Shown in pieces: positions 55,001 to 61,479 of a stretch of 64,000 nt of DNA (position 1 is its first letter; each line of letters begins with the position of its first letter). The stretch is taken from IMG/VR virus record IMGVR_UViG_3300009431_000005. The stretch is one strand, 5' to 3'. The DNA comes from an uncultured virus (IMG/VR IMGVR_UViG_3300009431_000005) (Duplodnaviria > Heunggongvirae > Uroviricota > Caudoviricetes). Made by a program: the position numbers and the translations under genes. The notes beneath the pieces were generated by a model. The model was not told the DNA's origin. It searched no databases and worked only from the letters and a program-made list of their open reading frames with translations.

Positions 55001-56940
55001 GCAACGTCCGTCGTCACGAGCCACGGACCGTCGGCGGCCTCCTGTAGCGGACCCTCGAAAGCGATCCACGTCTGCAGGGGTTCCGTCCCGTGCGGCTTAT
55101 AGGCGTACGCGGAGTGCAGCCGCACGGCCTTCTGGGTCACGGACCCGTCGTGCTGCCACACCGAGCCCTTCTCGACGTGCCCGCCGAAGCCCTCCGAGAC
55201 GCAGGCGTGGAAGAAAGCCGTCTCGGTGAGCGGCACCGCCTTGAGCGTAGCCTGCTCCTCCGGATCGAGGTTCTTGATGATGTGCTGGTACAGCGACTCG
55301 GGCATCCCGAGCGCGCCCGCCGCCACCATCTCCTGCTCCAAGTCGATGTCGGTCTTCGTCGACTTGGGGGCCTTCGGAGCAACCGCGCCGTACACCGAGC
55401 CCGGCATGTCCTTGTGCGCCTGCAGGACCTGGATCTGACCGCTCTTCAGCTCGTCGGCGAAGATGTGGTCGGACCACACCGCCATGCTCCCGTCCGGGTA
55501 GCCGAGGACGACCTGCACCGCGCTCGCGGACGTTTGGAATGCGCCGAGGACGTGCGCCTTCGCCTTCCCGCCCACCTGACAGAGCGTGTAGATCCCGAGC
55601 GGCGTCCCCGTCGACTTCGCCGCCTTGCCGGACTTCGTCATGTCCAGCTTCACCGGCTTGAGTTTGTCGACGGTCTCGTGGTCGTAGTGGTGGCCCTCTT
55701 TCTGGAGGAAGCTGAAGACGGCCGTCTTCAGCGACTTGTCCGAGAGCGTCTGCTGGAGCTTGATGCCCGCAGCGGGCATCGGGTTCTCCTTGGCGAACTC
55801 CTCGAAGGCCGGGCGGACGTCAGCGTCGACGGGAATCGCGTCGAGGATGTGCTGCCAGTTGCCCTTCTTCCAGTCGGCGTTGTAGACGTGGAACAGGGAG
55901 CCCGCGAGCTTGTTCTCTGCCGTCCAGCGACGGGCCGCACCGAGGAGCTTCTGCACGACGGCCGCGCTGAGCTTCTTCCCGTAGTAGGCACTCATCATGA
56001 GTGCCTCCATCTGCTCGGGGAGCTGCGCAAACGCCTTCGTCTCGGAGGGGTCCTTCCACCGACTGCCGTGCGGGTGGAAGTACGAGATGTAGATGTTGAT
56101 CGCGTCGTGGTACCCGCTCCAGACGCCCGGCGCGTGGTTCTGTGCGGGCGGCTTCTTGCTCGACGTGTTGAGCGTGACGAGCAGCTCGGGCTTTTCGACC
56201 GCGAGGATCGCGTAGGCGACGAAGGCAGGCCAGACCATCTTCGTCGACACGGGGATGTTCCCGCCGTCGAACACCTGCTTCTTCATCCCCGCCTCGGTCA
56301 GCGAGGTCGACATCTCGTCGAGATCGACCTGCGCGGCGAGCCGGTACTCAGGATCGGCGCACTCCAGGATCAGCGCCGCTTCGCGGAAGGGGTCGGGGCC
56401 GTGGACCCGACGCTGCAGCGCGTTCCCCACAGCGCCCGCGCTGTCCCCGAAGGCGCGGCGGAAGTCAAGGTTCCATCCCGTAGCCCGGTGGTACTCCTCG
56501 ATGAAGCGGGCCGCCTTGCGGGGGTTGAGGTCGTACTCGAACCGCCACGCGCCAAGGGAGAAAGCTCCGTAGATTTCGTCCGGGGTCGCGCGCAGGAGGG
56601 CGACGGTGGAGTCCTGGAACTCGTAGCCCTCAGCCACGGCGTCGGCGTGGAGCTTGGCGGCCCAGGTGTGTCCGGCAGCGGCACCGTGCAGGTGCCACGA
56701 GCGCACGAGGGGTGAGTCCTGCTCGGAGCGGAGAAGCTGATACTCGGCCTCGACGAGCCGGTGGTTGACCTCGAAGAAACGGTGCAGCCTGCCGATCTGG
56801 TCGACGGTGACGCGCCCGGAAGCCAGCGACTCGGCGAGGCCCACACCCGTCACATCGTCCAGTGGCTGGCGGCGGTGAAGCTCCAGCGCACGGCCCGCTG
56901 CACGCTGCACAGAGAGCGGGACCTCGTAGGTCAGGTTCAT
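49027..56940 (-). CDS. Giant polyvalent protein: head-associated N-domain, SH3-like repeats, Nudix hydrolase, HipA/PI3K-like kinase, possible ART-like C-domain
   Basis: Nudix box PKGSVKKGEAVLKTAVREVWEETG; kinase motifs GGGSKP...WFAK...DHDGHVGNW...AVDRGQAF. Confidence 0.85.
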   Translation of the reverse strand: MNLTYEVPLSVQRAAGRALELHRRQPLDDVTGVGLAESLASGRVTVDQIGRLHRFFEVNHRLVEAEYQLLRSEQDSPLVRSWHLHGAAAGHTWAAKLHADAVAEGYEFQDSTVALLRATPDEIYGAFSLGAWRFEYDLNPRKAARFIEEYHRATGWNLDFRRAFGDSAGAVGNALQRRVHGPDPFREAALILECADPEYRLAAQVDLDEMSTSLTEAGMKKQVFDGGNIPVSTKMVWPAFVAYAILAVEKPELLVTLNTSSKKPPAQNHAPGVWSGYHDAINIYISYFHPHGSRWKDPSETKAFAQLPEQMEALMMSAYYGKKLSAAVVQKLLGAARRWTAENKLAGSLFHVYNADWKKGNWQHILDAIPVDADVRPAFEEFAKENPMPAAGIKLQQTLSDKSLKTAVFSFLQKEGHHYDHETVDKLKPVKLDMTKSGKAAKSTGTPLGIYTLCQVGGKAKAHVLGAFQTSASAVQVVLGYPDGSMAVWSDHIFADELKSGQIQVLQAHKDMPGSVYGAVAPKAPKSTKTDIDLEQEMVAAGALGMPESLYQHIIKNLDPEEQATLKAVPLTETAFFHACVSEGFGGHVEKGSVWQHDGSVTQKAVRLHSAYAYKPHGTEPLQTWIAFEGPLQEAADGPWLVTTDVATELAVQDGKLYPKTDKAVPEQPEAPAPDMPNVDHILPGAEEDVLDVIVGLSQTTGLPLDGFEAIPLGETKYASAFKKKHFADAKLGEDLLRKSPQGKVTVVAALKSTDGDGYVCLRWSNGNVAPLSDTVAAQEIASGDLTPVWASDAAQNVEGGAPDQGKDSPPEVPGIAAQPLAQPFGFNPNDVIQFSGSKFLVLGTDNGHYVAQELTMVGGSSSSPGLLGREAVDGNGTLVEAIVPGPLSIYKHVEVGDPLKRLDELPSNWGLVLGEKIGVPVGDIFLVGAAQSQAITLNFTFEEDVVFAVVSTQKTMAAGDAELGYWEFYSETEQFVGALVESSYDPPEEEPESSHEADEPDPEQGNFEMSGTQQAFDFLEKKGWTPAVASEGAFSFSLGQVRQHPNGGTRTVIGYGFSDTGAVYVIVTEKGNVNYVSTSGGHKKYKVYLHTDQSVVDALLPKPGSEAQVKYPDLNYTLSREAKVLAEKASLVYVPAPKRKPHHVNAPVVHTAGATVYVIVGWTIPSNESDPHAVLLQQGTEDTYLTVSRDDLKASWKTHYESFTMFDPGKEWVDIGKADSEVVTLTHTQSGCDIPSDGPAGWDEPTPLKQPPFAEIPKDHHISAGVVVIFPPDTGTFTKGIGGQSQMPAVLMYRPLGQFGGYKLNLPKGSVKKGEAVLKTAVREVWEETGITCKPVAFLGDFRATTSITRMFIAYATGGNPKKKVQPEESESIVIRPLRTDSSGAPLFQEDDWWSDLIPKSETKWQQKALLSAWAWMQQNGLPHLAEVEADSFHATVTGPDDTDEEIIPGVAAVAPEQVAHSVTAKIQDPEPAFDEPEAPDISDYQPPVQTSFKPTIPADTFEGHVWKTLYFKCPFPVTDKMVGELKYKVSNGEAALPTGFDAARDRPSGPNFGESFETAAGTPYIAAGYVSWLGEDGQAYHFLLCYTPGGSIVALECTEEGLEGAHISQDQTVANASLDAWFQHPEPDVNALIEDVYTTGELPKGTTMATFKTKWCKAAGVPAYAVITKPLLRDVASMFVAGACSQAQHDAIVASLKARMQQTHKKNKPSAPVKATAGTATAAPPAAAPFQTPTAAPPKKVIPSAFESPIYTQYVNNPQPILFSDTGKKQGGGSKPNAILIGPGGKKWFAKWGPPGEAWRADTDGAAYRLSQELKGNNIPVGVMDVAVGTSTRHVSFQPLLDDATSPPGDPTELDDDNMAELLSQHAADMFMGDHDGHVGNWLKQANGKIVAVDRGQAFKFLLMGKPESLDPNWHAPGNFGAGYAKTLLIRWGDGQVEIPEKAWGAMLKTIKKVVALPDQTLTAILTPVFEARGTADTKRTAVLNKLKKRRDGYEKDWTKVLKGLRSTFKWPAVGAETIAPPSAAFQSSPAEMGFAAREEQTIADAVQAGWQGKALKIDRDAVEGQEVMCRRVMYEEKPGVKVPATMIHFRVAAPAGRTATKKLVTSQGLEAVDDNFGGPHRLKVDQANNYWEKIFQAIKSVNYHLHGQNDLNINMNTIAAMQAIAPELEQLTKDAADPSGTYGPTGEPNEAVYAMAEQYLQYVGIINYWVENKEDLLGQHSPQLADFLWEDPPEEDEGPVVAKPKFKVRMKKQGAFWPTANPSGQEVHVTNLNKPVMNSAYQSQFQIEDPLTKARIFFNPPGGAGVSGLSEGVESLKGQAWAIIPGEPSAATVAHLLKLFQEATGIGMSTAGPDDSEALYWSRQVQHLQGNGAVKPQADSTTVNEVGYKAAMDQYRNGDTKGAIAAMKKIVAKKLGTTVAGVSKMASSDEVDGHYTRGAGWNRHTRIGWTREKLIEHMGSSCHVAHHLASDVVTWMQQMSSNGALLANAQKAFYGVTKMGASPGADMNVGGGQGLFCCFRKGFTSGEQMVYFDLSLALRLDVYIVGTGDSFGNTKTERYTTPEQWVKLGAHNGTGGCGSSSALQVNIRHDIDLQQYLVRVNCGSKSNRDQCIKIAKSLGWTFFNGAKPEDVFVA

Positions 56941-56970
56941 GTGGTCGTCCAGGTCACGGTGATGGCGGGT

Positions 56971-56993
56971 GCCAGTGGCAGGCTGCCAACGGC
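56971..56993. repeat. 23-bp near-palindromic intergenic element, copy 4 (inverted orientation)
   Basis: GCCAGTGGCAGGCTGCCAACGGC, the exact reverse complement of copies 1 and 2; 30 nt upstream of the giant gene start. Confidence 0.85.
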
Positions 56994-57023
56994 AGGTGGA
57001 TTATCGCCGATCCGCCACGCGGA

Positions 57024-57428
57024 TCAATGAACTGGACGAGCCTCGCCGGAGAGCGCACTCGTACCGAAGAACCCCCACGCCTTTTCGTAGCGGGCGAGGG
57101 CTTGACGCGCCTCCGCGTACGCCTCCGCAGGGAGCCCCACCCCGCATCCGTTCCCCGCCTCGATGGCGCAAGGCGGCGGCTGTTCGAGCGTGCCGCCCGG
57201 ACAGATCAGCTCCTTGAACGCCCGCATGACGGGCTTCGAGTCGTCGATCTGCTGCATACGGTCGGCGGGTAGCACGCGCACGGCCGCCCCGTCGTCCTCG
57301 ACCCCCGCCTCGGCCAGCTTCGCAGACACGCGCTTCGCTTCGGCCCAGCCCAGCTCGGCGTGCGTCTCCAGCTCACCGACCTGACCCTCCAGCTCCGTGA
57401 TTCGTGCCCGCAGTCCCTCTTCGCTCAT
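57024..57428 (-). CDS. Hypothetical protein (N-terminal coiled coil)
   Basis: 134-aa ORF with GAGGA RBS. Confidence 0.6.
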   Translation of the reverse strand: MSEEGLRARITELEGQVGELETHAELGWAEAKRVSAKLAEAGVEDDGAAVRVLPADRMQQIDDSKPVMRAFKELICPGGTLEQPPPCAIEAGNGCGVGLPAEAYAEARQALARYEKAWGFFGTSALSGEARPVH

Positions 57429-57438
57429 CGTTCGGTCC

Positions 57439-58659
57439 TCAAGTCTTGAGTGTGGTGCCCGGGGTCAGCTCCTCCCAGTCCGCTCCGACGCCGTGAACCT
57501 GCTCCGCCCAACGGCGGCGCGTGACGTCGCAGTACCGGGGGTCCAGCTCTGCCGCGTAGCATACCCGCTGCAATTGCTCCGCGACCGAAAGAGTCGTGCC
57601 GGAGCCGACGAATGGATCGAGCACGATCTGCCGCGCGTCGGTCGCGTCGAGCATCAGCGCCTCGATCAACTCGACCGGCTTCTGCGTCGGGTGCATGTCG
57701 TTGGCGGTCGGCTTGGGGAACTCCAGCACGTTCGTCCGCCGGGTGTCCGGCACGTACCACGTCGCCCCTTCCTTCGCGCCGTGCAGGATCGGCTCGTGCA
57801 TGTGGTGATAGTCGCCACGCCCGAGGGTGAATCGGTCCTTCACCCAAAAGAGCCAGCGCATCGCCACGCCGCCTGAAGCCTCCCACGTCCGCTCCAGCGC
57901 AGGCATCTCCTGCGAGGACATGAAGACGTAGCACAGCCCCGTCGTCTTCCGGAGGATCAGCTCGCACAGGTCCTTGAGGAACGTGCTCCACTCCTCCGGC
58001 TTCTGGTCGTCACCTTCGATGGTCTCACCGCTCGCGGACTCGTACGCGACGTTGTACGGCGGGTCGGTGATACACGCGGTGGCCTTCTTCTTGACGAGGG
58101 AGCTGAGCCCCCTGAAGTCACCGCAGAGCAGTCGGTGTCGCCCGAGGGTATAGACCACTCCAGGCTCCGACTTCGGCGGCCCCGAGGACTCGCCGACAGC
58201 GTTCTCCGCTCGCGGGGCCGCAAGGGCGTCGAGCCGGGCTGCCTGCGTCCGCAGGTCCTGCGCCAGCGACTCGAAGCCCATCGCGGTCGGGTCCGGTAGC
58301 GCAGCCTCGACAGAGTCGAGCACGGGGAGCGCCGCACGGACATCCCAAGTACCTCGGATCGCGGGGTTATTCATGGACAGGTTGGCCGACATCTCGGCCG
58401 CATCGTCCATGTGGACGACGACGCAGTCCGCGTGCGTCACCCCGGCGGCCATCAGCACGTCTCGCCGCTGGTGGCCGGAGATCACCCGGGGAGGATCGCG
58501 CTTCACGTTGACGACGATCATCTCCAGGAGCCCCAGATCGTCGAGAGACTCACGTAGCCCGCGCATCGCAGGCTCGCTGATCTCCCGGGGGTTGTAGGCT
58601 GCGGCCTCCAGGTCAGCGAGCCTGAACTTCTTGGTCTCGATCTGGGTCTGAACAGCCAT
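57439..58659 (-). CDS. ParB-like domain fused to N4/N6 DNA methyltransferase (intact motifs)
   Basis: YNPREI...ISGHQR (ParB/Srx); TDPPYN, HPTQKPVEL, LDPFVGSGTT. Confidence 0.9.
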   Translation of the reverse strand: MAVQTQIETKKFRLADLEAAAYNPREISEPAMRGLRESLDDLGLLEMIVVNVKRDPPRVISGHQRRDVLMAAGVTHADCVVVHMDDAAEMSANLSMNNPAIRGTWDVRAALPVLDSVEAALPDPTAMGFESLAQDLRTQAARLDALAAPRAENAVGESSGPPKSEPGVVYTLGRHRLLCGDFRGLSSLVKKKATACITDPPYNVAYESASGETIEGDDQKPEEWSTFLKDLCELILRKTTGLCYVFMSSQEMPALERTWEASGGVAMRWLFWVKDRFTLGRGDYHHMHEPILHGAKEGATWYVPDTRRTNVLEFPKPTANDMHPTQKPVELIEALMLDATDARQIVLDPFVGSGTTLSVAEQLQRVCYAAELDPRYCDVTRRRWAEQVHGVGADWEELTPGTTLKT

Positions 58660-58774
58660 GCGCATCTGAAGGGAAGGCGAGCGGGTCACAAGGACCCGCT
58701 CACCGGAACCGATTTGGAAGCGGGCGCGGTCGCACCCCGTGTGCCGCCAGTCTATCGCACGGTCAAGGGCAACG

Positions 58775-61102
58775 CTATCTGCGTCTCTGAGACCGTCGCA
58801 GGCGGTGGTGGTCGCGCTGGAGCATCCCCACGGTGCAGGCCACGTAGTTAAGCATGTTGTTCCAGCCGCTCGACTCGTTCTGCAGACGATCGCCGTACCA
58901 GTGCCCCTCGCGCAACGCGATCGCGTGCGTGACGCGCTCACCGCGCGGTCCGGGACCGGCCGCCAGATTGAAGAGGCGCTGCAGGAACCAGTTGTCGCGC
59001 GTCACGAGCCACGCATACGCGAGATGGAAGTGACCGTGGAAGCCCTCGCCTCCACCGCCCCACGCGACAGGCTCGTCGTAGTAGCCGCTGGGCTCACCGA
59101 CAGGACCGATCGCCACGTACCACGGCGGCTGCTCCGCACCGGGCGGGTTCTCGTCGTCAGGGACGGGTCGTGCGTCTCCGTCGACTTGCGACTTGGCGAC
59201 GAAGCGTGCGCCCGACAGTAGCATCTCGCGGATGCCGTCCTCGATGCGCGGCTCGATGATGCCGTCGGCGCAGCACTTGAGGATGCACCACAGCGCGTGC
59301 CCCCACAGGCCGATCTCGAAGGTCTGCATCACGAGGTGCTCGTCCGTCACTTCGCCGAAGCCGCGCCCTGCGGAGTTCTGCTTCGCAAAGGAGTGCGGGT
59401 CGGTGCCGGGTCCGTTGAGGGAGCCGCAGGCGTTCTGCAGCGGGCCGAGGGCCATGATCTCGGCTTGCGCCTCGAACCACTCCCAGTTGTCCCGTCGCCA
59501 CTGGTCCGGCGCGATCGCGTAGTACATCGCCGCCGTCTCGGCGACCCAGGCGTGCTCGCGTCCGCCGACCACACCCCGGTACCTGTTCGCGCGCACGAAC
59601 GGGAGGAGCTGATAGTTCGACTCCAGGTGATCGCCGAAGCCCCACGGGTGGTGCCGGTGGATCGTCTTCCCGAGGATGAAGTGCGAGGTCCACTGGTGCA
59701 GGTGGTGCTTGGCGTAGGCGTCGTTCCAGTTCCACACGAGCGTCTTCGCATTGAGCGTCCCGCGCACGCCGTGCTGACCGTCGACCATCCGGTACGGCTT
59801 GAGCATGTCCCGATACGGGCAGTCCCCCTCGTTCCACGGGAAGCCCTTGTCCTCATCGAAGCCGGGGATCTGCAACTGCGACGCGCCGGTCAGCGCGACG
59901 AGGAAGGGGATCTGCTCGGGGTACTGCTCGTGGAAGACCGTCTGGTCGAGCGGCATCCCCGTCTGCGGGTCCATCGCCCACATCACGTCGCGTTCGGCGT
60001 GACACTGGAGGAACAGCATGAGCAGGTAGTTCTGCTCCGGCGTCTGCGACCAGCCGGGGCACGGGTAGATCCACCACCCGCCGTGCTCGTAGCCGTGCGA
60101 GCATCCCATCGGATGCGCCCAGCCCAGCACCGGGGTGTGCATGTTGAAGTTCTGGTGCGGGTCCACGCCGCTCGCCAGGATGGCCTTCAGCGATTCGACC
60201 TGCCCGCCAAACCGGCTGCGTGCGGCAGCGCGTCCGTGGTATTCGTGTTCCGAGTCCCAGTGCCGATACGCACGGCCCAGGCGAGGCAGCGGCATCTGCT
60301 GCGGACCCCAACCCTTCTCGTAGTAGCTGCACGGTCCGTCCGCGATCGCACGGCCCACGCCGCGAGCGATCTCCTGCGCGCGGCCCACCTCCTCGCGCGG
60401 ACAGATCACGAAGCGGCGGTGGAAGTGGTGGCGAGGACCCATCCAATGGTCGCCGTCGTCCAGCGGCTTGAGGAGCCACTCGCCCTCCTGCCCTGCACGC
60501 TCGACAACGGGGACGATCGTCCAGCCGTCACCGAGCCCGGTGAACTTGAGCCCGTCGAAGTACAGCGCGCCGGAGAAGCCCGACCCGTCGGGGTTCATGC
60601 AAGCGTTCGAGACCTCGATGGTCAGCTCGATGGCCTGCGTGTCCGCGCGCACGGTGAGGAAGGACCACACCCCGAGGATGACGTGCTCGTTGACCATGAT
60701 GGTCGAGAAGTACGCCTCGGTGCTCAGTAGCGGACCGGCCTCGGCGGCGTACATGAATTCGCCGAACAGCTCGCAGCCGACGGTGCCGCGCACGCCGTTC
60801 GGCGTCGTCTCCAGGCCCAGGTTGATGACAGCGTCGCTGACACCGCCGGGCGTGCTGTCGGTGGACTCGGTGACCTCGTCGGAAGCCTCCAGGCGGTAGG
60901 CTCGGCGCACGTCGTCGACGAGGGCCGTCACCATCATGGCAGTCGGCTTGCCCTTCGAGTCTCGTGCGATCGCGTCGCGCTGCACTGCACGACCGTCAAT
61001 GGCCCAGGACTTGTCCAAGTCCGGGCCGGAACAGGGAACGGGTGCGCGTACCAGGAACGGTGCCGACGAGGGGACCTCGTCCAGCTTGAGCAAAGCCAGC
61101 AT
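58775..61102 (-). CDS. Large hypothetical protein, possibly glycan-active (lyase/hydrolase-like architecture)
   Basis: 775 aa, rich in W/H/Y; beta-rich N-terminus followed by a helical C-terminus; TAGGAG RBS. Confidence 0.6.
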   Translation of the reverse strand: MLALLKLDEVPSSAPFLVRAPVPCSGPDLDKSWAIDGRAVQRDAIARDSKGKPTAMMVTALVDDVRRAYRLEASDEVTESTDSTPGGVSDAVINLGLETTPNGVRGTVGCELFGEFMYAAEAGPLLSTEAYFSTIMVNEHVILGVWSFLTVRADTQAIELTIEVSNACMNPDGSGFSGALYFDGLKFTGLGDGWTIVPVVERAGQEGEWLLKPLDDGDHWMGPRHHFHRRFVICPREEVGRAQEIARGVGRAIADGPCSYYEKGWGPQQMPLPRLGRAYRHWDSEHEYHGRAAARSRFGGQVESLKAILASGVDPHQNFNMHTPVLGWAHPMGCSHGYEHGGWWIYPCPGWSQTPEQNYLLMLFLQCHAERDVMWAMDPQTGMPLDQTVFHEQYPEQIPFLVALTGASQLQIPGFDEDKGFPWNEGDCPYRDMLKPYRMVDGQHGVRGTLNAKTLVWNWNDAYAKHHLHQWTSHFILGKTIHRHHPWGFGDHLESNYQLLPFVRANRYRGVVGGREHAWVAETAAMYYAIAPDQWRRDNWEWFEAQAEIMALGPLQNACGSLNGPGTDPHSFAKQNSAGRGFGEVTDEHLVMQTFEIGLWGHALWCILKCCADGIIEPRIEDGIREMLLSGARFVAKSQVDGDARPVPDDENPPGAEQPPWYVAIGPVGEPSGYYDEPVAWGGGGEGFHGHFHLAYAWLVTRDNWFLQRLFNLAAGPGPRGERVTHAIALREGHWYGDRLQNESSGWNNMLNYVACTVGMLQRDHHRLRRSQRRR

Positions 61103-61119
61103 CTCGAACTCTCCTATCT

Positions 61120-61479
61120 CTACGAAGGTGATGTAGTGGGGTGCGAGGATGACCGCAGCCGGGCCTTCAGCGAACGGCGCACAGGCTGCTCCCCCGTCCC
61201 CGTCAATCTCTTGAGTCGCGCCAGGAGCAGGTCCCGCTGGCGCTCAATCTCGGCGTACTCTCCAAGGATCTGTGCCCCCGCCCCTGCGTTCAAGTAGCAG
61301 GCCGATCCGTGCCGGTTGACGTGCTGGCAGAAAGGGCAGGGCGTGCCGCGATACCGCCACCCGAGGGCGACGATCTCCCGAACCGAGTCCAGGACAACGG
61401 CGAGTTCGGTGCGCTCCCTCTCCGTCTGCTGGAGCTGAAGCTGGAGCGATTCGATCTGCTCGGCCTGTCGCCTTGTCAT
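61120..61479 (-). CDS. Hypothetical coiled-coil protein with CxxC...H...C motif
   Basis: MTRRQAEQ... at ATGA overlap; CPFCQHVNRHGSAC. Confidence 0.55.
   Translation of the reverse strand: MTRRQAEQIESLQLQLQQTERERTELAVVLDSVREIVALGWRYRGTPCPFCQHVNRHGSACYLNAGAGAQILGEYAEIERQRDLLLARLKRLTGTGEQPVRRSLKARLRSSSHPTTSPS

Noticed and set aside
6639..56715. Long plus-strand ORFs (e.g. 6639-10766, 15530-19285, 23432-25690, 26888-29278, 29357-31798)
   Set aside because: Antisense shadows of well-supported minus-strand genes in high-GC DNA; R/V/G/D-rich with no motifs
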